DNA of 64,000 nt from Bacteroidales bacterium H4 (GTDB lineage: Bacteria; Bacillota; Clostridia; Lachnospirales; Lachnospiraceae). The notes below the pieces were generated by a model. It saw only the letters and a list, made by a program, of their open reading frames with translations. It searched no databases and was not told the DNA's origin. The stretch spans positions 1,984 to 65,983 of the forward strand of contig CAVFXS010000063.1 in assembly GCA_963626805.1 (NCBI GenBank), read 5' to 3'. This document shows, piece after piece, positions 46,982 through 55,635 of the stretch. Made by a program: the position numbers and the translations under genes. The stretch's first letter is position 1. The number at the start of each line of letters is the position of its first letter.

Positions 46982-47734
46982 ATGGCGGAGATAGAAGAAC
47001 AGCAGTTGCGAAAACGGTTTGCAGAGCTGGCAGAGCAGAGTTATCAGAATAGTGCATATTATTTTACGGACTTTCTGTCAGCAACCGATGCTGCACTTGT
47101 ATATTCGGTAGCAGAGGAATCAGAGTTTACTCTGTGGGGGGGCGCGGAAGGCTGTGAGCGGCAGATGATCCGCTTCGGTAATCCGGAGGATTTTGGATAT
47201 GAGGTTGCATTTCCTATTCAGATCCTGAAGGTGGAGCCGTTACTTCGAAAATTTGCAGAAGAGCTGACGCACAGAGACTTTCTGGGTGCAATCATGAATC
47301 TCGGGATTGAGCGGGATACGATCGGTGACATTGTAGTAAAGGATAAGGTCGGATATGTATTTGTAGTAGAGCGTATCGGAGATTATATTCGTGAGAACTT
47401 AAGTCAGATCCGTCATACCCATGTAAAATGTCAGGTCTTGGATACGATGCCGGAGGATGTGAAGCCGCAGCTGGAGTCGGTGGAGCTGATCGTGTCCTCC
47501 ATACGACTGGACTCGATTGTGGCAAAGCTGTATCATTTGTCCAGAAATCAGTCTTTGGATCTGTTCCGTAAGAAATTAATTCTGGTCAACGGAAGAATTA
47601 TGGAGAATAACAGTGGCAGTCCCAAGGATGGGGATGTGATCGCAGTCCGTGGATATGGGAAATTCATATTTCGGAACATCCAGTATGATACCAGAAAAGG
47701 GAAGCAGGCGATTCTGGTCGATCAATATGTATAA
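46982..47734 (+). CDS. YlmH-like RNA-binding protein with a C-terminal S4 domain
   Basis: HRDFLGAIMNLGIERDTIGDI and C-terminal RLDSIVAKLYHLSRNQSLDLFRKKLILVNG (S4 motif). Confidence 0.75.
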   Translation: MAEIEEQQLRKRFAELAEQSYQNSAYYFTDFLSATDAALVYSVAEESEFTLWGGAEGCERQMIRFGNPEDFGYEVAFPIQILKVEPLLRKFAEELTHRDFLGAIMNLGIERDTIGDIVVKDKVGYVFVVERIGDYIRENLSQIRHTHVKCQVLDTMPEDVKPQLESVELIVSSIRLDSIVAKLYHLSRNQSLDLFRKKLILVNGRIMENNSGSPKDGDVIAVRGYGKFIFRNIQYDTRKGKQAILVDQYV

Positions 47735-47766
47735 CGCAGATAAGGGTTAGAAGGAAGAGAATATAT

Positions 47767-47943
47767 ATGGCAGATAGATGTGATAGTTGCATGAATTTTG
47801 AATATGATGATGAGTATGAGTGCTATACCTGCGTCATGGAGCTGGATGAGGATGAGATGAGCCGGTTTTTAAGCGGCAATTATAAGGAATGTCCGTATTA
47901 TCAGCTGGGCGATGAGTATAGAATTGTAAGACATCAGATGTGA
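47767..47943 (+). CDS. Small Cys-rich zinc-ribbon-like protein (58 aa), absent from the supplied ORF track
   Basis: My translation is MADRCDSCMNFEYDDEYECYTCVMELDEDEMSRFLSGNYKECPYYQLGDEYRIVRHQM*. It has a CxxC...CxxC...C pattern and fills an otherwise empty intergenic gap. Confidence 0.5.
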   Translation: MADRCDSCMNFEYDDEYECYTCVMELDEDEMSRFLSGNYKECPYYQLGDEYRIVRHQM

Positions 47944-47956
47944 TCCGGGCATAGCA

Positions 47957-48424
47957 GTGAAACAGGCTGCATATATTAGTTACAACAAAATGACAGGTCA
48001 GGCAGACATGAGTACAAACAGGCGAGTAATTGCGGAGATTCTTTTATCTATACTTCTGGTATCGAATATCTTTTTGTTAAATGGCTGTAATTCAAAAACA
48101 GAAACTGAAAATCTGGATTTTACGGTATGTGAGGAAGGCCGTTTACCGGACGAACTGGTGAAAATCATTGAAGAAAAAAAGGCGGAACCATTTAAGCTGA
48201 CGTTTACGACAAGAGAGTACATGTACATTGTTGTGGGGTATGGTGCTCAGCCGAGAGGCGGCTGTTCCGTGACGGTAGAAGCTCTGTATAAAACGGATGA
48301 TGCAGTCTACATTGATACGAATCTGGTGGGTACGGAGGACAGTGAGATCAAGGTCGATGGGATGTCCTATCCGTATGTGGCAGTAAAATGTGAAAACCAG
48401 GAGCTGCCGGTGGTCTACCGGTAA
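47957..48424 (+). CDS. PrcB-like lipoprotein
   Basis: Lipobox LLNGC. C-terminus ...VVGYGAQPRGGCSVTVEAL...PYVAVKCE resembles the PrcB C-terminal domain. Alternative starts at 47990 and 48008. Confidence 0.5.
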   Translation: MKQAAYISYNKMTGQADMSTNRRVIAEILLSILLVSNIFLLNGCNSKTETENLDFTVCEEGRLPDELVKIIEEKKAEPFKLTFTTREYMYIVVGYGAQPRGGCSVTVEALYKTDDAVYIDTNLVGTEDSEIKVDGMSYPYVAVKCENQELPVVYR

Positions 48425-48495
48425 GAATCAAAAAACAGGAATATTTCTATCATCTTCTCATAGAATAGTATCAGTGAACATGGGAGGGACGATCG

Positions 48496-50046
48496 ATGCA
48501 GTTAATCAAAAAAGAAATTCGTACCAATAATCATAAAGCAGAGAAACAGGTGCAGTTAACCATTGATGAGGATTTCAATGTGCCGGATACGAAGCAGGAT
48601 ATAGACAAGATTATTACCAGCAGGGGACAGGTCGTGATTGATGATACGGAGCCGATGGTAGATCGTCTGCGTGTTCGGGGACATGTGAGCTATCGGATCC
48701 TGTATTCTGTGGCTAAGGTAGAGGGAGAACTGGATGCCATGGAGGGAAGCGTTCCGTTTGAAGAGATGATTAATGTGGATGACCTGCTTCCGTCCTATGA
48801 TACCAGTGTCAGCTGTGAAATAGAGGATCTGAATATTACCATGATTCATTCCCGGAAGGTTGAGGTAAAGGGCCTGATCCAGATGAAGATTGACGTAACG
48901 GAACAGGATGTGTTGGAGGGTGCCGAAGGGATTGAAAACGGAGATGGGATCCAGTGTCTGTATAAGAAGGTGCCATATACACGAACGGTTGCAGATCAGA
49001 GAGATGTGTTCCGGGTACGGGAAATGGTGCCGATTCCGCAGAATAAACCTAATATCCGTCGGATGATCTGGTATTGTGCGACTTTAAATGACGTGGAAAC
49101 CAAGCCGCTGGATAATAAGATTGATATCCGGGGAGAACTGGAGGTTTTTCTGATCTACCGGGCGGAGGAGCAGATGCCGATCCAGTATCTGAATCTGGAT
49201 ATTCCGTTTAGTGGTGAGGTAGAATGTGTGGGTTCCATGGAGGGAATGACGGCAGATATAGGAGTGAACCTTGGTGAAACGCAGCTAAATGTGGAACCGG
49301 ATGAGGATGGTGAGGAACGGGTTCTGAATCTGGAGGCAAATCTGGAGCTGGCGATTCGTATTTATCAGGAAGAAGAGCTGGATCTTCTGGGGGATATGTT
49401 TTCTACCTCGGCATGCATTCAGGTAGAAACCGAGCAGTTTGATTATGAATCACTGTTAACCAGAAACAATGCAAAGACCAGAATCGTGGAGCGGATCAAG
49501 CGCAAAGAGAATCAGGCCGGAATCCTGCAGGTATGTTATGTGGAGGGTACGGTAAAGGTGGATGATATCCGGACAACGGAGGAAGGTGTCGTTGTGGATG
49601 GCGCAGTGGAAGTGCGGCTGTTATACATAGCGGAGGATGATACCAGACCAATGAATTCTATGACCGGTTATCTGCCGTTTACTTATCTGGTAGAGGCGAA
49701 GAATCTGTCGCCGGATACGATTTTCCATATTACGCCGACATTGGAGCAGATCAGCAGCATCATGCTTGGCAGTGATGAGGTGGAGATTAAAGCGGTTATG
49801 AATTTAAGTATTATCGCCTTTGTCCGGAAACAATGTCCGGTTATCGTGGATATGAGTGTTGCGGAAATTGATTATGAGAAAATGAATCAATTAGCCGGCA
49901 TTATCGGATATATGGTGCAGGAAGGGGATACACTATGGACCATTGCGAAACGCTATTTTACGTCCATTGACAGTATCCGTAAGGTAAATCAGCTCGAGCG
50001 GGATGAATTATCACCGGGTCAGAAGCTGGTAATCGTAAAGGGTTAA
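48496..50046 (+). CDS. SPOCS/DUF3794-repeat protein with a C-terminal LysM domain
   Basis: Repeated beta-rich DUF3794-like modules. The C-terminal YMVQEGDTLWTIAKRYFTSIDSIRKVNQL...LSPGQKLVI is a LysM motif. Confidence 0.7.
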   Translation: MQLIKKEIRTNNHKAEKQVQLTIDEDFNVPDTKQDIDKIITSRGQVVIDDTEPMVDRLRVRGHVSYRILYSVAKVEGELDAMEGSVPFEEMINVDDLLPSYDTSVSCEIEDLNITMIHSRKVEVKGLIQMKIDVTEQDVLEGAEGIENGDGIQCLYKKVPYTRTVADQRDVFRVREMVPIPQNKPNIRRMIWYCATLNDVETKPLDNKIDIRGELEVFLIYRAEEQMPIQYLNLDIPFSGEVECVGSMEGMTADIGVNLGETQLNVEPDEDGEERVLNLEANLELAIRIYQEEELDLLGDMFSTSACIQVETEQFDYESLLTRNNAKTRIVERIKRKENQAGILQVCYVEGTVKVDDIRTTEEGVVVDGAVEVRLLYIAEDDTRPMNSMTGYLPFTYLVEAKNLSPDTIFHITPTLEQISSIMLGSDEVEIKAVMNLSIIAFVRKQCPVIVDMSVAEIDYEKMNQLAGIIGYMVQEGDTLWTIAKRYFTSIDSIRKVNQLERDELSPGQKLVIVKG

Positions 50047-50208
50047 TGGGATAAATAATCAGGAAGAATCGGAAACGGGGAAAACACGCAGAAACAGAAG
50101 GAATCCTGCGGCGAAAGCCGGTGGCGGACGGTTGCAGGATTCCGGGAATTGTACTATACTTAGTGCAAGTTAAATTTGATTTAAGATACCGAGACAGGAG
50201 GAATTATA

Positions 50209-51588
50209 ATGGAACGACCAAATGCATGGAAAACATACACGAAAAATCAGTTAGAAGAATTGGAAACGCTGAACGATCAGTACCGGGCATTCTTAAATGT
50301 CGGAAAGACCGAGCGCGAATGCGTGAAGGAAATTGTGAAGCAGGCGGAAGCAGCCGGTTACGTGAACTTTGAGAAAGTACTTGCCGACAAGCAGACAGTG
50401 AAAGCAGGGGACAAGCTCTATGCAGTATGCATGAAGAAGACCATTGCTTTATTCAATATTGGAACAAAGCCTATGGAAGAGGGAATGAATATTCTGGGCG
50501 CTCATATTGATTCCCCACGATTGGATGTAAAGCAGAACCCACTGTATGAAAATGATGATATGGCGTATCTGGATACCCACTATTATGGTGGTATCAAGAA
50601 GTATCAATGGGTAACATTGCCGCTGGCCATCCATGGGGTTGTAGTGAAAAAGGACGGTTCCGTCGTTGATGTTGTGATTGGTGAGAAGGAAGAAGATCCT
50701 GTATTCTGCATCACAGATCTGTTAATTCATCTGGCTGGTGAACAGCAGGAGAAGAAGGCAAATAAAGTAATTGAAGGAGAGAATCTGGACATTCTGTTTG
50801 GCAGCATTCCGTTAAAGGATGAGGAAAAGGAAGGTGTCAAGAAGGGTGTGCTGAAGCTCCTGAAAGAGCAGTATGATATGGAGGAAGAGGATTTCCTGTC
50901 AGCAGAGCTGGAGGTAGTTCCTGCCGGAAAGGCAAGAGAGGCCGGAATCGACCGGAGCATGATCATGGCATATGGTCAGGATGACCGGGTATGTGCGTAT
51001 ACCTCTATGGCAGCGATGCTGGAAGTAGAGAATGTAGAAAAGACAACCTGTTGTCTGCTGACCGATAAGGAAGAGATCGGCAGTGTCGGAGCAACCGGTA
51101 TGCAGTCTAAGTTCTTTGAAAATACAGTGGCAGAGCTGTTAGGAGCAATGGGAGATTATTCAGAGCTGATACTGCGCAGATGCCTGAAGAATTCCCGGAT
51201 GTTGTCTTCGGATGTCAGTGCAGCTTATGATCCGCTGTATGCAGCAGCCTATGAAAAGAAAAACGCTGCATATTTTGGCCGGGGCATGGTATTTAATAAG
51301 TTTACCGGTGCGAGAGGTAAGTCAGGCTCAAATGATGCCAATGCAGAGTATATGGGCGCATTGAGAAAGATTCTGGACGATGCACAGGTTGCATATCAGA
51401 CAGCAGAGCTTGGTAAAGTAGATGTCGGTGGTGGCGGAACAATTGCATATATCCTGTCCTTATATGGTATGGAAGTGATTGATAGCGGTGTGGCAGTGCT
51501 GAATATGCACGCTCCGTGGGAAGTGACCAGCAAGGCGGATGTATACGAAACAAAGAAAGGATATATAGCATTCCTTCAGAACGCATAA
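50209..51588 (+). CDS. M18-family aminopeptidase
   Basis: GAHIDSPRLD, DDRVCAY, DKEEIGS and NMHAPWE motifs are characteristic of M18 aminopeptidases. Confidence 0.85.
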   Translation: MERPNAWKTYTKNQLEELETLNDQYRAFLNVGKTERECVKEIVKQAEAAGYVNFEKVLADKQTVKAGDKLYAVCMKKTIALFNIGTKPMEEGMNILGAHIDSPRLDVKQNPLYENDDMAYLDTHYYGGIKKYQWVTLPLAIHGVVVKKDGSVVDVVIGEKEEDPVFCITDLLIHLAGEQQEKKANKVIEGENLDILFGSIPLKDEEKEGVKKGVLKLLKEQYDMEEEDFLSAELEVVPAGKAREAGIDRSMIMAYGQDDRVCAYTSMAAMLEVENVEKTTCCLLTDKEEIGSVGATGMQSKFFENTVAELLGAMGDYSELILRRCLKNSRMLSSDVSAAYDPLYAAAYEKKNAAYFGRGMVFNKFTGARGKSGSNDANAEYMGALRKILDDAQVAYQTAELGKVDVGGGGTIAYILSLYGMEVIDSGVAVLNMHAPWEVTSKADVYETKKGYIAFLQNA

Positions 51589-51592
51589 GGGA

Positions 51593-52048
51593 TTAGTCAG
51601 CCATCAGCAGTGGTAACTGGTATTCATACAGCTCACTGTTGATGGCTTCTATATTATAATTCCGGTTATTTACATAAGTGGCAATGATCAGATCACGGGG
51701 ATCCTTCAGATAAAGCTCCCGGTGCTGAAACGTCTCTAAAGTGCGGCGGATCATACGGCGGTCCATATGTGCACTCAGGAATAATACCAGAATAACATCC
51801 CGGCTTGGATGTTTTGCCGTGGTTCCATTTAAAATATCATAGGCATAAGAACGGGAGAGATAGCCGGAGCAGTTCCGGATGATCTGGGCAGTTGTGATGC
51901 CTTCCGGATTTTGTGCAATATAATCTGAAAAAATATTCCGATTCGGATAAGTATCTTTGGCTTCTGAAACATAATCAGATAAATTTTCTGCAGTAATCTG
52001 ATTCTGATCCAATACATTTAAAAGGTTTGTAGTTGAAATATCTTTCAT
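51593..52048 (-). CDS. Hypothetical protein, possibly an XRE-like HTH regulator
   Basis: The segment SGYLSRSYAYDILNGTTAKHPSRDVILVL looks like an HTH. It is convergent with the aminopeptidase (4-nt gap) and divergent from the kinase gene. Confidence 0.45.
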   Translation of the reverse strand: MKDISTTNLLNVLDQNQITAENLSDYVSEAKDTYPNRNIFSDYIAQNPEGITTAQIIRNCSGYLSRSYAYDILNGTTAKHPSRDVILVLFLSAHMDRRMIRRTLETFQHRELYLKDPRDLIIATYVNNRNYNIEAINSELYEYQLPLLMAD

Positions 52049-52188
52049 AGGATTCTCTCTCCTTATTCATTATCGATAGTTGCCAGACGTATCATTTATA
52101 GTGTATTATACATGAATAGAGTGATAATAGGCAAGTATGGCATGACCGAAATTGTGTTATACATGCGGACGGAAGGATAAAGAGGGAA

Positions 52189-53304
52189 ATGACACTGGAA
52201 GAGAAATATGAATTGTCCTGTTATCAGGAGCTTACAAAACTACATACAAGTAAAGAAATTTATCTGGTACAACATATCGACACCGGAGAAATCTATGTGA
52301 AAAAGGTGATTGATATCTATAACAGGCCGGTATATCAGGCACTGATGGAGCTGAAGATTCCCAATGTGCCACAGATCGTGGCACTTTTTGAGACAGAGGA
52401 CCGGCTGACCGTAATTGAGGAATACATCCATGGAGAGTCTCTGGAGAAACGGATGAAAAGCTGTGGTATCATGCAGGAGGAAGAGGTCGGCCGCATTATG
52501 ATGGCGGTCTGTGATATTCTCCAAAAGCTTCATGAGCATCAGCCGCCGATCGTACATCGGGATATTAAGCCATCGAATATCATGCTTAGTCAGGATGGTG
52601 TTGTAAAACTGGTTGATTTCAACGCAGCAAAGGAGTATGCGGACGGCAAAAATGAGGATACAAGGCTGATCGGCACGCAGGACTTTGCGGCACCGGAGCA
52701 GTATGGATTTGGCCAGTCTTCCCCGCAGACGGATATCTATGCACTTGGAGTGACGATGAACTATCTGCTGACTGGTGATTATCCGAAGAATCAGTTATGG
52801 AATGGCAGACTGAAGTCTGTGATCCAGAAATGTATCCAGATCAATCCCAAAGAACGGTACACAGGTGTGCTGCAGCTGAAGACTGCCATTGAGACCGTCA
52901 TGCGGACGAAGAGCAGAAATATTCTGGTGCGGAGTCTTTATCCCTATCAGAAATATGCTCCGGTCGGATTCCGAAGCGGGGCATTATGGAAGATGCTGCT
53001 GGCAATAATCGGATATCTGTTTATATTGGCGGCGGTTGTTTCATCCAGTGTGGAATATCAGGGACAGCCGGCAACCGGAATCGTATTATGGATGAACTGG
53101 TTCGCCTATGCGATTGCACTTCTGGGCGTTGTGTTCTTTATAGGAAACTATGGAGGCATCCGGTATGCATTTCCGTTTATGAAAGGGAACAAGGTTCTTC
53201 ATTGGTTTCTGGCAATTATCTATTGCTTACTTTATGTATTTATAGTCGTTTTTATCATGGCACTGATTTTAACCACGTTTGAGTATGCATTCAAAGGGCT
53301 GTAA
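52189..53304 (+). CDS. Ser/Thr protein kinase with a C-terminal multi-TM region
   Basis: Kinase subdomains VKKV (Lys), HRDIKPSNIML, DFNAAKE and GTQDFAAPEQ. The C-terminal ~120 aa are hydrophobic. Confidence 0.85.
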   Translation: MTLEEKYELSCYQELTKLHTSKEIYLVQHIDTGEIYVKKVIDIYNRPVYQALMELKIPNVPQIVALFETEDRLTVIEEYIHGESLEKRMKSCGIMQEEEVGRIMMAVCDILQKLHEHQPPIVHRDIKPSNIMLSQDGVVKLVDFNAAKEYADGKNEDTRLIGTQDFAAPEQYGFGQSSPQTDIYALGVTMNYLLTGDYPKNQLWNGRLKSVIQKCIQINPKERYTGVLQLKTAIETVMRTKSRNILVRSLYPYQKYAPVGFRSGALWKMLLAIIGYLFILAAVVSSSVEYQGQPATGIVLWMNWFAYAIALLGVVFFIGNYGGIRYAFPFMKGNKVLHWFLAIIYCLLYVFIVVFIMALILTTFEYAFKGL

Positions 53305-53397
53305 ATTGTTCTGTAAAATGTCCGCTGTATAGCGGACGAAAACTCTCCTCAATATAGCTAAAATAAGCAATATATGTTTTGGCAGGGAGGAAGCGGT

Positions 53398-53850
53398 ATG
53401 AAGCAGGAAAAGTGTATAGCATTTGCAGTGCTTCATACCCTGATTCCACTGTGCATGGGAACCGGAATCTATATCTTGGTCCGTCCCGGAACATATATAG
53501 CGAGAGCCTGTACCTTTCTGATTCCGTGGCTGGGTGAGCTGCGAATCCGGATGGGAGCGGATCTGTTTCATATGTTTTTAAGAAATTATGCTTGTGACAT
53601 GCTGTGGGCATATGCTCTGACAATCGGACTGCTCTGGTACGGAAGAATGACCGGACAGAAGTTATGGAAGTCGGCATTGATCAGTGGTGGATTCGCGGTG
53701 CTTATGGAAGGACTGCAGATTCTGCCGATAATCCCCGGAACTTTTGATGGAATGGATATAGTTGCGGAGATTACGGCAATTCTTATCGCAGGATGTATGA
53801 GTATGATTTTTTATAAATACAAGGACAAGGAAAGAGGAGAGCATTTATGA
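53398..53850 (+). CDS. Small polytopic membrane protein (VanZ-like?)
   Basis: Four hydrophobic segments, with GGAGG RBS before ATG 53398. Family not verified. Confidence 0.45.
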   Translation: MKQEKCIAFAVLHTLIPLCMGTGIYILVRPGTYIARACTFLIPWLGELRIRMGADLFHMFLRNYACDMLWAYALTIGLLWYGRMTGQKLWKSALISGGFAVLMEGLQILPIIPGTFDGMDIVAEITAILIAGCMSMIFYKYKDKERGEHL

Positions 53851-54803
53851 GAAAAAACATTATGAAAAAGCTCGGTATATTTGCGATATTGTTTGCATTT
53901 GGCCTGAGTGCATTAGGCAGTGGGGAATCAAATGATAGCACAAAGGAGATTGTATCTGCAAGCGAGGCAGGTAGCGACGCGGCGTCCGATGCGAGTGCAG
54001 ATGATTCGGCAGGAGCTGTGGATGGTGCAGAAGAGGATGCGGATCTGTCCATCGAAGAGCAGGTCTTGATCGATCAGGATGGAATCAAGGTAACAGCCAC
54101 CGGAATAGAGCATGATGCATTCATGGGAACCGGCGTGAAGCTGCTTCTTGAGAACAATACGGATAAAAATGTGATGGTAGGTTGCACTGCACTGATTGTA
54201 AACAACTACATGATCTCAGACCTGTTTGCGTCCGAGGTAGCAGCCGGCAAGAAGGCCAATGACACCATGTATATGATGTCATCCGATCTGAAAGCGGCAG
54301 GTATTTCCAATATCGGACAGATTGAGATTTATTTCCATGTATATGATTCGGATACATATGACGCACTATTTGATTCCGACGTGGTTACCATCCAGACATC
54401 GAAATACAATGAGATGGATCTGCTGGCAGACGAGGAAGAGAGTGGATATGAGCTGTGGAATCAGGACGGTGTACGCATCGTTGGTAAATATGTAGATGAA
54501 AACAGCTTCTGGGGAACCGGTGTCCTGTTATACATTGAGAATACCTCCGGAAGAAATATCGGAATTAACTGTGACGATATGTCCATCAACGGATTTATGG
54601 TAGACCCGGTGTTCTCTGCAACGGTATATAACGAGAAGAAATCTTTTGATGACATTACGATTTTCTCATCCGATCTGGAGGAGAATGGCATCGATAAGGT
54701 CAATGATATCGAGCTGAGCTTCCATATCTATGATGCTGACAGCTGGTCAACTATCTGCGACACCGGTGCCATTACATTCTCTGTGGATCAGGCGGTGGAG
54801 TAA
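53847..54803 (+). CDS. Secreted protein with an internally duplicated domain
   Basis: Signal peptide (LGIFAILFAFGLSALG), an acidic linker, then two homologous ~110-aa modules (...GTGVKLLLENNTDKNV... and ...GTGVLLYIENTSGRNI...). ATGA overlap with the upstream gene. Confidence 0.6.
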   Translation: MRKNIMKKLGIFAILFAFGLSALGSGESNDSTKEIVSASEAGSDAASDASADDSAGAVDGAEEDADLSIEEQVLIDQDGIKVTATGIEHDAFMGTGVKLLLENNTDKNVMVGCTALIVNNYMISDLFASEVAAGKKANDTMYMMSSDLKAAGISNIGQIEIYFHVYDSDTYDALFDSDVVTIQTSKYNEMDLLADEEESGYELWNQDGVRIVGKYVDENSFWGTGVLLYIENTSGRNIGINCDDMSINGFMVDPVFSATVYNEKKSFDDITIFSSDLEENGIDKVNDIELSFHIYDADSWSTICDTGAITFSVDQAVE

Positions 54804-54811
54804 ATATATTA

Positions 54812-54840
54812 TTGATTTTTTCGTTATAATTACATATAAT
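54812..54840 (+). promoter_or_regulatory. Near-consensus SigA promoter of the toxIN locus
   Basis: TTGATT (54812-54817), a 17-nt spacer, then TATAAT (54835-54840). Confidence 0.6.
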
Positions 54841-54865
54841 ATAAATGAGCAAAGGTACTTGCTCG

Positions 54866-54973
54866 ATTTAAGTGCGTTGCTACTTTAAGTGCAAACCTTT
54901 AATTTAAGTGCTTCACTACTTTGAATGTGAACCTTTAATTTAAGTGCTTCGCAGCTTGAAATGCGAGTCGTTA
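54866..54973 (+). ncRNA. toxI: ToxI-like type III antitoxin RNA: three tandem 36-nt repeats
   Basis: ATTTAAGTGC recurs at 54866, 54902 and 54938, an exact 36-nt period. Repeat 1 contains GTTGCTACTTTAAGTGCA, close to the ToxI repeat core (TTTGCTACCTTTAAGTGCAG, from memory). It lies between the promoter and a terminator directly upstream of toxN. Confidence 0.75.
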
Positions 54974-54978
54974 ATTTT

Positions 54979-55008
54979 CAGGGAGATAGGTTTTTATCTC
55001 CCTGTTTT
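54979..55008 (+). terminator. Rho-independent terminator between antitoxin repeats and toxin gene
   Basis: CAGGGAGATA / TATCTCCCTG 10-bp stem, 6-nt loop, then TTTT. This is the standard type III TA layout, which limits read-through into the toxin gene. Confidence 0.75.
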
Positions 55009-55029
55009 GCTTACTATGGAGGATAAAGT

Positions 55030-55542
55030 ATGGATTTTTATCGCATCAATGAGGAATATAATCGATATCTTCAGAGTTACGAGAAGGAAAACAGAGGGGT
55101 TACCAAGGTACCGAATATTAGATATGCGGATCGAAATAAATTTGCTTTTGGTGCGGTTATGCAGGTTAATGGGATGAATTATTATGTATCTGTATCCTCT
55201 TTTGATAAGAAGCAGGAAGCTAACATTTTAATTCGTATACCTGGAGATAAAAAAGAAATAAAAGGTTCTTTAAGATTTAATTATATGATTCCGGTTCCCG
55301 AGGAATGTATTGAAAGACTTATTATTAAAGATATAGAAGATGAGAAATATCGATTGTTGCTAAACAAGGAGTATCAGTTTTGTATAGATAATGCCGAACG
55401 GATTCAGAAAAAAGCAAATAAGATATATGAAATGGTTATAACAAATCGAAAACAGGCACTGACTGATAACAGCTGTGCATTTGATATTTTAGAGGAAGGG
55501 TGTAGAGAATATATTAAAAATATTTTGGGAAGAAAATCGTAA
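55030..55542 (+). CDS. toxN: Type III toxin-antitoxin toxin, ToxN/AbiQ-family endoribonuclease
   Basis: MDFYRINEEYNRYL...KFAFGAVMQVNGMNYYVSVSS.K...LRFNYMIPVP...LLNKEYQFCIDNAERIQKKA...CAFDILEE aligns by eye with Pectobacterium ToxN (MKFYTISSKYIEYL...AFIGIVLEIQGHKYLAPLTSPK...LKFMIPI...LYKQLQFIRAN...CNFSLLEE, from memory). GGAGG RBS. Confidence 0.85.
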   Translation: MDFYRINEEYNRYLQSYEKENRGVTKVPNIRYADRNKFAFGAVMQVNGMNYYVSVSSFDKKQEANILIRIPGDKKEIKGSLRFNYMIPVPEECIERLIIKDIEDEKYRLLLNKEYQFCIDNAERIQKKANKIYEMVITNRKQALTDNSCAFDILEEGCREYIKNILGRKS

Positions 55543-55565
55543 TGGATTTATTTGATTTAAACCTT

Positions 55566-55602
55566 AAAAACACCGGACCCAAGCATCAGGTCCGGTGTTT
55601 TT
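55566..55602. terminator. Bidirectional terminator between toxN and paaK
   Basis: AAAAACACCGGACC / GGTCCGGTGTTTTT: a perfect stem flanked by an A-run and a T-run. Confidence 0.75.
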
Positions 55603-55635
55603 CATACTCTTGTCTTACAACAATAGAAATACTAT

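Noticed and set aside
46557-47057. 166-aa minus-strand ORF
   Set aside because: It overlaps the ends of two well-supported plus-strand genes and has no expression signals.
50100-50143. Hairpin GGAATCCTGC...GCAGGATTCC downstream of the SPOCS/LysM gene as a terminator or riboswitch
   Set aside because: The 10-bp stem is real, but the loop is 24 nt and no T-run follows. There is too little evidence to call a terminator or regulatory RNA.
54866-54973. Possible CRISPR array (short regular repeats)
   Set aside because: The repeats are contiguous with no spacers, and no cas genes are present. The context (promoter, repeats, terminator, ToxN-like gene) fits a type III antitoxin RNA.
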